Source: Candidatus Borrarchaeum weybense
GTDB taxonomy: Archaea; Asgardarchaeota; Sifarchaeia; Borrarchaeales; Borrarchaeaceae
Direction of reading: 5' to 3'
NCBI GenBank assembly: GCA_019057385.1
Contig: JAHQJS010000004.1
Coordinates: forward strand, 128,001 to 192,000
DNA: 64,000 nt
Positions within the stretch are counted from its first letter, which is position 1, and each line of letters opens with the position of its first letter. Made by a program: the position numbers and the translations under genes. The notes beneath the pieces were generated by a model. The model worked only from the letters and a program-made list of their open reading frames with translations, did no database searches and was not told the DNA's origin. Of the stretch, positions 27,723 through 36,987 are shown piece after piece.

Positions 27723-29525
27723 ATGTTAAAACCAATTAGAGAGTTAGGAAAATATCTAAGAGACAATAAAAATTTGAACCAACTTCAGATTTTAACTGAA
27801 TCATCTAAACTTAAAAATACAAAAAAGATGATTTGCGTAGTTTTCAGTAAAGAAGAAGAGGGACTTGCTTTTGATAACGTTTATATCGAAGATTTCGATC
27901 AAGAAAAGGCGGAAAAAATACTTTACAGAACCTTTAGGCATGCTCGATATGATGCCACATTAACAGCGAAAATAACTAAACCCGATATGATTGAGAAAAG
28001 ATGGACTCTGTGGTTTGGTAAATATTTTGAGAAGTTTAAAGATGTTTTTCCAGAACTTGATTCATTAAAAGAAGCAGTCGAATCAAATAAAGATAAACTA
28101 ATTGAAGAAATTTCAGAAAAATACACGTCACTTGATAAAACAGAGAAAAGGGGCTGTCTTGTTACTATCAAGATAAAAGAAGGACGCAATGAAAAATATT
28201 TAGCAGATATTCCAGAATTTATTGAAATTTTTAAAACAACATCAATGGAGGATTTTTATTACAAGCACAAAGTAGAGTCTATAGGTGAAGGTACCTGTTG
28301 CTTGTGTATGAAAAATGAAAAAGTGATTCCAGCTTCGCCTTTTCCAGTTTTTACTGTAGATAAAGAAGGCTTCGCATATGGTTTTGATCGGGCAAATTCT
28401 TGGAAACAATTACCTATTTGTATAGAATGCACATTGGATTTGCAAGCTGGTAAGGGTTTTTTGAAAAACAAGCTCTCATTCATTCTTTATGGGTATCAGT
28501 ACTTTGTTATACCACATTTTATATTCAAAGAAATTTCAAGCGAAATAATCGATGAAATAGAATATAGGGGACGCAAAGATTATAGAAATGGCTTACTTAA
28601 TGCAGAGGAAGATATTTTGGAGGAAATGAAAGAAAAAGGCGATATATTGAATTTAATATTCGTTTTCTGTAAACCAAAACAGCAATTTTTTGACATTATA
28701 CGATACAGCGAAGATGTTTCTCCATCCTGGATAAAGAAGATGTATGATGATTTTGATGCTACTAATCGAAAAATGATTTTCAAACAAAAAAATTTGAAAG
28801 TAATATTGGGGGATAAATGGTCAGAGGGTTTCAGAAAGGGACAATGGGCTGGTAAAAGCATTAAAAATTTGAATTTATCAGGTATAGTTAAAACATTTTT
28901 CCCGACTAACTTTATTGATATCTTAGGAAATATTTTAGACCAAGAAAAAATGCACGACTATTATTTACTAAGTTCTTTAATAAAGCCGATAAGGGAACAA
29001 CATGGGCAAGGTAATGAATGGAGTGAGAAATTACTCACTCTTAAATCATTTTATTTATTTAACTTTCTTTTAGATTTGAATTTGGTTCATACAAGTCATT
29101 TTAAAAGCAAGCAATGTAAAGAGATGAACTTTATGAAAGAAACAAAGTATAGGCGATTAGAGGAATTTTTTAATGAATTCCAGAACGCCTTTGACACATC
29201 TGATAAGAAGGCAATTTTCTTAGAAGGTGTACTTGTGAATTTTCTTTTAAGCGTGCAGTATGCACAACGAGGATCAACGCCATTCAGAAAAAAGCTATAT
29301 GGACTAAAACTAGATAAAAGAAAAATTAAAAGACTTTTACCAGTAATTATAGAGAAGTTCAGAGCATATAACACCGCGTATCCCAATTTGGAAGCGTTAA
29401 TTTCGAAATATTTTGTTGAAGCCGATGAAAATGGTTGGAAGGTATCAGATAATGAATTAGGTTATTATTTTGCGCTTGGATTAAATCTTGGAAAATTTTT
29501 TAAAGGAGGTGATAAGCTTGAGTGA
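27723..29525 (+). CDS. cas8b: Cas8b (Csh1/TM1802 family) large subunit, type I-B
   Basis: MLKPIRELG start after GGTGA RBS, CCLC...FTVDK.GF...PICIEC; C-terminal Cas11-like FLEGVLV...YYFALG. Confidence 0.93.
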   Translation: MLKPIRELGKYLRDNKNLNQLQILTESSKLKNTKKMICVVFSKEEEGLAFDNVYIEDFDQEKAEKILYRTFRHARYDATLTAKITKPDMIEKRWTLWFGKYFEKFKDVFPELDSLKEAVESNKDKLIEEISEKYTSLDKTEKRGCLVTIKIKEGRNEKYLADIPEFIEIFKTTSMEDFYYKHKVESIGEGTCCLCMKNEKVIPASPFPVFTVDKEGFAYGFDRANSWKQLPICIECTLDLQAGKGFLKNKLSFILYGYQYFVIPHFIFKEISSEIIDEIEYRGRKDYRNGLLNAEEDILEEMKEKGDILNLIFVFCKPKQQFFDIIRYSEDVSPSWIKKMYDDFDATNRKMIFKQKNLKVILGDKWSEGFRKGQWAGKSIKNLNLSGIVKTFFPTNFIDILGNILDQEKMHDYYLLSSLIKPIREQHGQGNEWSEKLLTLKSFYLFNFLLDLNLVHTSHFKSKQCKEMNFMKETKYRRLEEFFNEFQNAFDTSDKKAIFLEGVLVNFLLSVQYAQRGSTPFRKKLYGLKLDKRKIKRLLPVIIEKFRAYNTAYPNLEALISKYFVEADENGWKVSDNELGYYFALGLNLGKFFKGGDKLE

Positions 29526-30540
29526 ACTAAACAGAACAGAGATTGTGTTTTTGTATGATGTAATGTATGCAAACCCAAATGGAGACCCAATGGAAGAAAA
29601 TAGGCCTAGAATTGATGAGGAAACTAGTATAAATATTGTGACCGATGTACGATTGAAAAGAACAATACGGGATTATTTCCTGACATTGATTGGCAACGGA
29701 GATGAAAGGCTTAAGGGGCAAGACGTTTTTATAAAAGAGGTAAGAGACTCAGAGGGGTACCTCTACGATGCAAAGACAAGGGCCAAAGATTTTCTAAGAG
29801 AGGAAGAAGAAACATTTTCGGAAATAAAAGAAAAACTTAAAGATGAAATTTGCTCTAAATGTATAGACATTCGACTTTTTGGAGGCGTAATTCCGCTAGA
29901 GTTTAAGATCAGTAATAAAACTGAAAAAGGCTCAATAACTCTAACAGGACCAGTACAATTTAAATTTGGGAGATCACTTCATCGCGTAGAGGTAAAATAC
30001 ATTCAAGGAACCGGGGCGTTTGCTTCAGATTATTCAGAAACTAAAAAGAGCACGCAGTTCACGTTTAGAGAAGAGTATGTTCTTCCATATTCACTGATTT
30101 GCTTCTACGGTATTATAAACGAAAATGCTGCAAGAACAACTAAATTAACTGAGAACGACATAAACCTGCTTTTGGAAGGCGTATGGGATGGGACAAAGAA
30201 TTTAATTACTAGATCAAAGGCTGGACAAGTGCCAAGGTTTTTATTGAAGGTCGTTTACAAGGAGACCAATTTTCACAGAGGCGATTTAGATAAAATGATT
30301 AAATTGGTGTCCGAAGGAGAAGAAGAGAAGATAAGGGATATCTCTGAGGTAAAACTGGATATTTCAGAGTTGGTGAGTACACTAAAAGAATACAAAGAGA
30401 AAATACACAGAATAGAGCTTAAGGTTGATAATAGAGCAATATTCACAACAAACGGACAAGATTTTACAAGTAACGAATTAAAAACGAAATTAAAAGAGAT
30501 AGGACTTCAAGAAAATCAAATTGGAGAATTAAACTTCTAA
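29518..30540 (+). CDS. cas7: Cas7 (Csh2), type I-B
   Basis: NPNGDP..NRPRID, TDVRLKRTIRD, DIRLFG, TGPVQF and TRSK; TTG start after GGAGGTGA. Confidence 0.95.
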   Translation: MSELNRTEIVFLYDVMYANPNGDPMEENRPRIDEETSINIVTDVRLKRTIRDYFLTLIGNGDERLKGQDVFIKEVRDSEGYLYDAKTRAKDFLREEEETFSEIKEKLKDEICSKCIDIRLFGGVIPLEFKISNKTEKGSITLTGPVQFKFGRSLHRVEVKYIQGTGAFASDYSETKKSTQFTFREEYVLPYSLICFYGIINENAARTTKLTENDINLLLEGVWDGTKNLITRSKAGQVPRFLLKVVYKETNFHRGDLDKMIKLVSEGEEEKIRDISEVKLDISELVSTLKEYKEKIHRIELKVDNRAIFTTNGQDFTSNELKTKLKEIGLQENQIGELNF

Positions 30541-30550
30541 GGGTTGAATT

Positions 30551-31270
30551 ATGGTAAATAGAATACTAGTATTTGATCTCTGGAGTGACTTAGCACACTT
30601 TAGAAGGATAGAAACTACGACATCTCCTCTTACCTATCCTTTTCCTACGGGAACTACAATAGCCGGTCTTCTTGGGGCCATCTCAGGTCTTCCAAGAGAT
30701 TCATACTATAATTTGTTTTCTAGGGAAAGTATCGAATATTCATTTCGAATTCTGAATCCTATAAAGAAAATTGTTATTCCAATCAGCATAGTAAAAACAG
30801 ATGATCCTAGTTGGATCTATTTGTGGAAACTTAAAGATCCTAGGACACCCACTCCATATGAATTTGTAAAAGATCCAAAATACAGATTGTATATACATTT
30901 TAAAACTTTAAAGCTTGAAAAGACGTATAAGACGTTAAAAAACCTTCTAGAGAACCATCAAACTATTTATACACCTTACCTTGGCATTAGTGAGATGATT
31001 GCTAATTTTAAGTTTATTGGAGACATAAAAGCCATCCCGATTCAAATTGAAAATAAACCTGAGTATTTACATAGCGTAGCGAGTATAAAAACTATCAAGA
31101 TAGTTCCAAAAGAAGGAAAATATGGAAGAGAAACAATACCTCTCTATATGGATAATGAAAGGATCGTTCTCGAATATGGTACTGTTATTTACGAAGCAAA
31201 CGGTAAACCGCTCAATTTTTGTGACAGCACTATTTATGATGTAGATGGTGAAAATGTCTCCTTTCTTTAA
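30551..31270 (+). CDS. cas5: Cas5, type I-B
   Basis: FDLWSDLAHFRR...SPLTYPFP and YTPYLG. Confidence 0.95.
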   Translation: MVNRILVFDLWSDLAHFRRIETTTSPLTYPFPTGTTIAGLLGAISGLPRDSYYNLFSRESIEYSFRILNPIKKIVIPISIVKTDDPSWIYLWKLKDPRTPTPYEFVKDPKYRLYIHFKTLKLEKTYKTLKNLLENHQTIYTPYLGISEMIANFKFIGDIKAIPIQIENKPEYLHSVASIKTIKIVPKEGKYGRETIPLYMDNERIVLEYGTVIYEANGKPLNFCDSTIYDVDGENVSFL

Positions 31271-33716
31271 ACTTAAATCACATTCAGATAAATTACTTAA
31301 AAAACATTTAGAAAACGTGGGTAGGTTATCTAAAGAAATAGTTAACTCAAAATCAATAGAAACAAGGGAAATCCTTGCTGAGGTTGCGTATTTAATTGGA
31401 ATAGTTCATGATTTCGGTAAATCTACTTCTTACTTCCAAAAGTGGTTAAACAACGGGGAAAGAACAAAATACGCGCAACATGGCTTTCTGTCCGCGCTAG
31501 TTGGATATCTAGCTGTTAGAAATTTTCTATCAAATATTCAAAAACTTGATGAATTATGGTTTCTGCCTGGGATAGCTTGGATTGTAATAAATAAACATCA
31601 TGGGAATTTAAGAGATATCCTTAACAAAGAGGCTTTGAAATTAAAAAATGAAGAGCAATTAGAGCTTATAGGCAAACAATTAAAAGATATTCTTAATAAT
31701 TCAGCAACTGAAGTTGATGAGTTTTACAAGTTGTTGGGATATTCAGAAATTTCAAAACTATTAAACGAGATAAGAAAATTCAGGCAACTCGCACGAGAAA
31801 TATACAAAGACATTAAGAAAATGTGCATGAGTAGTTTTAAAGAAATTTCTCTTAAATATTATTTTTGGACTCTCTTCTTTTACTCGATATTACTCGATGT
31901 TGACAAATTGGACGCTTCTAGAAGAAGTGATCTCCCAGAAAGGATGGATATACCCAGCGATATCGTTGATTCATACAAAAAGATTAGGTTTAAAGAACCG
32001 AAGACGAAAGTGAATATTATACGAGAAAAGGCCTACAATGAGGTTATTTCAAAGATTGATGAAATCGATCTGAATCAAGAGAAAATTCTCCCAATAAATT
32101 TACCTACTGGATGCGGCAAAACACTAACTGGTTTATCGTTTGCCCTTAAATTGAGAGAAAAAGTAGCGAAGCAACTCGGTTTTACTCCTAAGATTATCTA
32201 TTCCTTGCCATTTCTTAGCATAATCGACCAAAACGCTAAGATTTTTGAGGATATTCTAAAACTTAAATATGGAAAAATTCCTTCCAATTTATTCCTAATA
32301 CATCATCACCTTGCAGATATTGAGTATAAAGAGATTAGAGATGGCGAATTAGATATTGAAGAATTAAGCAGGTCTTTATTGCTTACTGAGGGATGGCATT
32401 CAGAAATAGTAATAACCACTTTTGTCCAACTATTCCATAGTTTGATTACAAACAAAAACAGAGCAACAAGAAAGTTTCATAACATAATCAATTCTATAAT
32501 TATCCTTGACGAGATCCAATCAATTCCGCATAAATATTGGCTTCTAATTAACAAAATCTTAAATTATTTAGCAGAGAATTTTAATTGTTGGATAATCTTA
32601 ATGACTGCTACTGCACCACTTATTTTTGGATATGATGAAATCAAAGATCTAGTTACAAATAGAGATGAATACTTCAACATTTTTAATAGAGTTATCTTCA
32701 CCTTCAACTTAAACCCCATAAACTTTGAAGACTTTAAACATGAAATCTTTAACAGAATATTGAATGATGACAGCAATATGTTGGTTGTATTGAATACTAT
32801 TAATTCGTGTAAAGAGTTATACGAATTTTTAAAGGAAAAAATCATGCAAATTCAAAAGGAAAAAAAGAATATCGAAATAGATGATGATGGCATTGTCAAT
32901 TTTCTGGAAATTGAACTAATCAACCTATCTACTCATATTCTTCCAAATTATCGGTTAAGAAGAATAGACAGAATCAAAGATAAAGACAACAAAAAAAGAA
33001 AAATAATTGTAACAACTCAGTTAGTCGAAGCTGGAGTTGATATCAGCGTAGATGTAGTTTACAGAGATTTTGCTCCTTTAGATTGTCTAATACAAACTGC
33101 TGGACGATGTAATAGAAACAACGAAAAAGATAAGGGTCAAGTTAATATTGTTGTTTTGAGGGACGATAAAAGACCTTATAATTCATATATTTATGATCCG
33201 ACTCTCATAAACGCAACAAAAGAAGTTATCAGAAAATTTGGCAAAATGGTTCAGGAAAAAGATTTTGCTTTAAATTCTGTTGAAAAATATTATAAACTCA
33301 TGACAGAACGCGGATCTAAAGACGTGTCTAAGAATTTATTTGAGTCGCTTACTAAGATGGACTTCTCAGAAATATCCAAGTTTAATTTAATACAAGAAAA
33401 GTTACCCTCAATTTCTATATTTGTCGAGATCGATGAAATTGCTGAAAATGTTAGGGAGAAAATGGAAGATATTGTTGAAAATAAAAAAGAAAAATTTGAA
33501 CTAAAACTAGAATTGTTAGAATTAAAAAAGCAAATAGCACAATACACAATTCAAGTGGGATTCTCTAAAAAGCTGGAAAATATGATCTTAAATCTGAAAC
33601 CTATTGATAATCTAGAAGAATTTAGATATATCAAAAAGAGCAAGTTGAAAGAGTATTACGATATAGATTCAGGCATCAAAACTAAAGATGCTGGAATTTC
33701 TGGTTATATAGTGTAA
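31245..33716 (+). CDS. cas3: Cas3 (HD nuclease + SF2 helicase)
   Basis: HL, HDFGK, HHG, PTGCGKT, DEIQ, TAT and QTAGRCNR. Confidence 0.97.
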   Translation: MVKMSPFFKLKSHSDKLLKKHLENVGRLSKEIVNSKSIETREILAEVAYLIGIVHDFGKSTSYFQKWLNNGERTKYAQHGFLSALVGYLAVRNFLSNIQKLDELWFLPGIAWIVINKHHGNLRDILNKEALKLKNEEQLELIGKQLKDILNNSATEVDEFYKLLGYSEISKLLNEIRKFRQLAREIYKDIKKMCMSSFKEISLKYYFWTLFFYSILLDVDKLDASRRSDLPERMDIPSDIVDSYKKIRFKEPKTKVNIIREKAYNEVISKIDEIDLNQEKILPINLPTGCGKTLTGLSFALKLREKVAKQLGFTPKIIYSLPFLSIIDQNAKIFEDILKLKYGKIPSNLFLIHHHLADIEYKEIRDGELDIEELSRSLLLTEGWHSEIVITTFVQLFHSLITNKNRATRKFHNIINSIIILDEIQSIPHKYWLLINKILNYLAENFNCWIILMTATAPLIFGYDEIKDLVTNRDEYFNIFNRVIFTFNLNPINFEDFKHEIFNRILNDDSNMLVVLNTINSCKELYEFLKEKIMQIQKEKKNIEIDDDGIVNFLEIELINLSTHILPNYRLRRIDRIKDKDNKKRKIIVTTQLVEAGVDISVDVVYRDFAPLDCLIQTAGRCNRNNEKDKGQVNIVVLRDDKRPYNSYIYDPTLINATKEVIRKFGKMVQEKDFALNSVEKYYKLMTERGSKDVSKNLFESLTKMDFSEISKFNLIQEKLPSISIFVEIDEIAENVREKMEDIVENKKEKFELKLELLELKKQIAQYTIQVGFSKKLENMILNLKPIDNLEEFRYIKKSKLKEYYDIDSGIKTKDAGISGYIV

Positions 33717-33750
33717 GAGGGTATTTTTGTCATTCATAACGCTCGATTTG

Positions 33751-34581
33751 TTATCCCTTGTTTCGGCTATACTGCATTCGAGAATAGTTTATTACACCGA
33801 GACCTGCAGTCCTTTTGATGCCTACATTGCTGTACTCTCCAAAATTTCCTAATACGTCCAACCATAGTGCATAAGGATCTTCAGAATTTCTTACAACGTA
33901 ACTACATCGGCCAGTACATCCAACAAAGGGAATACCTTTGCCTAGGTTGACCTCTCTTGTTACCAAGTCATAATCCCTTGCATAAACATTATTTGATACA
34001 AAAGAATGTAATTGATCCACGTCAACTTTTGTTTCTGGAGCATATTTATTCCACAGATTCGCTAAATTTGAGAAGAGTAGCCTTGGCTCAGGAAATATCA
34101 AAGGAAACTTTACTCCTATCAAACTGAACTGAGTAGGTGTAACGAATGAGAACCCAAAGCGAGTAACTTTTTTAGCAGCTTCTACGAGTTCTTGATATGT
34201 ACACCTATTAATCTGAATATTCACAAGACTGAAGAAAACATCGTTTAGTTGTACCCGAAGAGGTTTATCGCTAAAAAAAATATTTATTAATAAATTGACA
34301 AGCTCTTGGTCAAAAAAACTCATGGGCATAGTGAAAGTTGTGCCTTCCTTTATCTCTATTGCACCAGTAATCCTTTTTCTACGAAGATCTTTTGAAAAGA
34401 GTGCCCCGACACAATAAGGGCGAATATTTGATGTGTCATGTAATTTTTTCGCTAAGGTTATATTTTGCGATTTAATCAGATCCAAAAATGCTGCTCGAAA
34501 GAGGTGGCCAATAAACGGTGGTAGTACTCCCTCTGTGTTTGCCATAAGAAGAAACTTAATTCGTGTAATCAATGTTATCAC
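33751..34581 (-). CDS. cas6: Cas6 endoribonuclease
   Basis: FVTPT, PEPRLLF...WN and the G-rich loop GEYSNVGIKRTAGLG. Confidence 0.93.
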   Translation of the reverse strand: MITLITRIKFLLMANTEGVLPPFIGHLFRAAFLDLIKSQNITLAKKLHDTSNIRPYCVGALFSKDLRRKRITGAIEIKEGTTFTMPMSFFDQELVNLLINIFFSDKPLRVQLNDVFFSLVNIQINRCTYQELVEAAKKVTRFGFSFVTPTQFSLIGVKFPLIFPEPRLLFSNLANLWNKYAPETKVDVDQLHSFVSNNVYARDYDLVTREVNLGKGIPFVGCTGRCSYVVRNSEDPYALWLDVLGNFGEYSNVGIKRTAGLGVINYSRMQYSRNKG

Positions 34582-34760
34582 TATTAACTAATATCCAACT
34601 AATGTAGGGAATATAAATTTCATTTAAATAAGCCTATTCGCCTTTAACTTTTTTCATATGTAGTTTGAATCCTTGCCACCTAATTACATACTACAAACCT
34701 CATTACATATATAGATTAAAGACAAAAAATAGATGATTTTATAAAGCAGGATAAAAGTAG

Positions 34761-34947
34761 ATTTTAAAAGAATTCCTTAAGTAACAAGGATTGAAAGGAT
34801 AGAGTTATTCTGATCAGGGAAGAAGACGCGCCTGAATTGCAAAAGAATTCTTTACCTAATAAGGATTGAAAGATTTCTAAAGTTTCAAACATTAATTTTG
34901 CATCTTCTGCGTCGCAAAAGAATTCCTTACGTAATAAGGATCGCCAG
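34761..34947 (+). CRISPR. Mini-array C: three variant repeats and two 38-nt spacers, divergent from cas6
   Basis: Repeats at 34761-34797, 34836-34872 and 34911-34947 (last one with a degraded 3' end). Confidence 0.9.
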
Positions 34948-34990
34948 ACTTTTGATTCTGAAACGAAAATGGCATTTCCATCAATGGTAT

Positions 34991-36061
34991 TTATTTCTCA
35001 ATGATTGTCTCCGAAATCTTTGTACCAAAATGCCGGCCTCCTTCCTCAGCATGAATTAATATCGTGTCTCCTGTCTTAAGATTAGTTACTGATATTGGTT
35101 TCCCGCTACCATCGACTAGGCGGATAGTTTCAGCATTTTGCAGAAGTATTTTATAAACCGTTGCATTATATTCAGCTTCCACCAAAAGAAGTGGTCTACT
35201 CTCTATTTTAGAACGGCCTACAATGACAATACGTGCGGTACCATCGTTTTTAACAGCCAAAATTTCGTTTCCCGCCTTAATTTCAGATAAATATTTCGTT
35301 TTTTTGTCCTTAGCGAGTATATATGAATGAACTGCGCCAGCATTTACCCGAAAAGGTCGTGTTTCTACATAAGGACTCTCAACGGTTTCACTATGAACTA
35401 AAAAATATCCTCCGCTTTGTGATCCGACTAACATTCCTTCTCCTAAAGATAACATTGAACATGTATCAATACATGCCCTGTCGCCCATGCCTACCTCTTT
35501 TATGGTAATAATCTCGGCTTTAGAGAGTGCGATCTTTATTTTATTCACGTCTTTCAGTAAATCTGCAGCGTTTGTTATGTCACTAAGTATATCAGGCTTC
35601 AGTAAAATCCCATCAGCACCTTTTTCTAAAATCTCTATATTCAATTTCGCTTCAGCAATATCTTTGGAAACCGCGATAATTTTGCAATCTTTGATTTCAG
35701 CGATCAGATTTTCAAGTGGGATAATTTTCCATTCGGTCCCTTCAACTATTACCGCCTGTGCCTTTTTAGAGGCTTCAACTACTCGTCGTTCATCTTCTTT
35801 TGAATTAATGATGATATATGGGACGGTATGGTCGTTTATGCCCTTGATATCGTCATCAGATAAAATTTCTACTAATTTAAAATCGGCATCGGTCCCTCCG
35901 AGGGTTGTAATACTCCCTAATTCTTTCACTTTACTTGATTCTCCTTCTTTGACCATTATTTTGGAGGCATCTGACTCTAATGACTTGGTGATATACTTCT
36001 TACGTTGATTCCAGTCGAGATCTTTATGAGCAGCATTTATCCAGAGTTCTTTTGCATTCAT
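34991..36061 (-). CDS. aroB': 3-dehydroquinate synthase II (archaeal AroB')
   Basis: WKIIPLENLIA, GMGDRACIDTC, RPFRVNAGAVH, LQNAETIRL and GRHFG; ATG 36061 after GGTGA. Confidence 0.95.
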   Translation of the reverse strand: MNAKELWINAAHKDLDWNQRKKYITKSLESDASKIMVKEGESSKVKELGSITTLGGTDADFKLVEILSDDDIKGINDHTVPYIIINSKEDERRVVEASKKAQAVIVEGTEWKIIPLENLIAEIKDCKIIAVSKDIAEAKLNIEILEKGADGILLKPDILSDITNAADLLKDVNKIKIALSKAEIITIKEVGMGDRACIDTCSMLSLGEGMLVGSQSGGYFLVHSETVESPYVETRPFRVNAGAVHSYILAKDKKTKYLSEIKAGNEILAVKNDGTARIVIVGRSKIESRPLLLVEAEYNATVYKILLQNAETIRLVDGSGKPISVTNLKTGDTILIHAEEGGRHFGTKISETIIEK

Positions 36062-36066
36062 TACTA

Positions 36067-36183
36067 TCACCAAAATATGTTTAGAAACCAAATATTTGGA
36101 AAATATGTTGAGGCGGTAGTCGCTAATTCTTTAATTTCTTCAAATTTTCCTTCTAATTGCAGGATAATTTGTTTATCCGTCAA
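36067..36183 (-). CDS. 38-aa intercistronic ORF (AroB'-like N-terminus with an aromatic-rich tail)
   Basis: TTG overlaps the aroA' stop and follows a GGAGGT RBS: MTDKQIILQLEGKFEEIKELATTASTYFPNIWFLNIFW*. Confidence 0.45.
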   Translation of the reverse strand: MTDKQIILQLEGKFEEIKELATTASTYFPNIWFLNIFW

Positions 36184-36962
36184 ATTTTCACTACCTCCAG
36201 CGTCTCATCAACTGTCCATCCGTCATACACAATTTTTACAATCGCTTGGACTATCCCTGTCGGATTATTGTGTTGAAACACATTTCTGCCAAAAGTAAGC
36301 CCCATACAACCAGATTTCATGGCACCTTCTACCATCTCAAGCACTGCTCTATCATTATCCGCCTTTTCACCTCCAGCGATAACTATTGGCACAGGACATC
36401 CACGAACAATATCTTTGAAAGTCTCTGGCGAACCCGTATAATTACATTTTACGATATCAGCGCCCAATTCAGCGCCAATTCGTGCAACCATAGCGATATT
36501 TTTGGGATCTAATGGATCTTTCACGTTTTCTCCACGAGCATACATCATTGCAATCAAAGGAATTTGCCACTGATCACATTTATCTGCGAATTCGCCGAGT
36601 TTGAGTAGCATCTCTGGTTCTGTTTTACAGCCTATGTTGATATGCAGACTGACCGCATCAGCACCGAGCCTTATAGCTTCTTCAACTGATCCTGTCCTGA
36701 CCTTTTTGTTTGAGTCTGGTCCCAAAGAGGTGCTTGCAGAAAAATGGGCAATGAGCCCGCAATTCGGGACTGCTTTTAAAGATCGTATGATACCTTTATG
36801 AAGCAAGACAGCACTTGCACCGCCTTCCACAACCTTAAAAACAGTTTCATCCATATCTACTATGCCTTTCACAGGCCCTAGACTCACTCCATGATCCATT
36901 GGTATAATGATTGCTTTACCATTTTTTAAAATTCTATTTAATCTAACTTCTTTTCCGTTCAT
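36180..36962 (-). CDS. aroA': 2-amino-3,7-dideoxy-D-threo-hept-6-ulosonate synthase (AroA')
   Basis: PMDHG, AMMYARG, ELGADIVK and GRNVFQH (DhnA-type aldolase); next to aroB'. Confidence 0.92.
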   Translation of the reverse strand: MNGKEVRLNRILKNGKAIIIPMDHGVSLGPVKGIVDMDETVFKVVEGGASAVLLHKGIIRSLKAVPNCGLIAHFSASTSLGPDSNKKVRTGSVEEAIRLGADAVSLHINIGCKTEPEMLLKLGEFADKCDQWQIPLIAMMYARGENVKDPLDPKNIAMVARIGAELGADIVKCNYTGSPETFKDIVRGCPVPIVIAGGEKADNDRAVLEMVEGAMKSGCMGLTFGRNVFQHNNPTGIVQAIVKIVYDGWTVDETLEVVKI

Positions 36963-36987
36963 AATCTTACCCCCTATTAATTTTTTA

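Noticed and set aside
34608-34621. GGAATATAAATTTC near the cas6 start as a third operator
   Set aside because: Different length and symmetry; probably the TATA box itself
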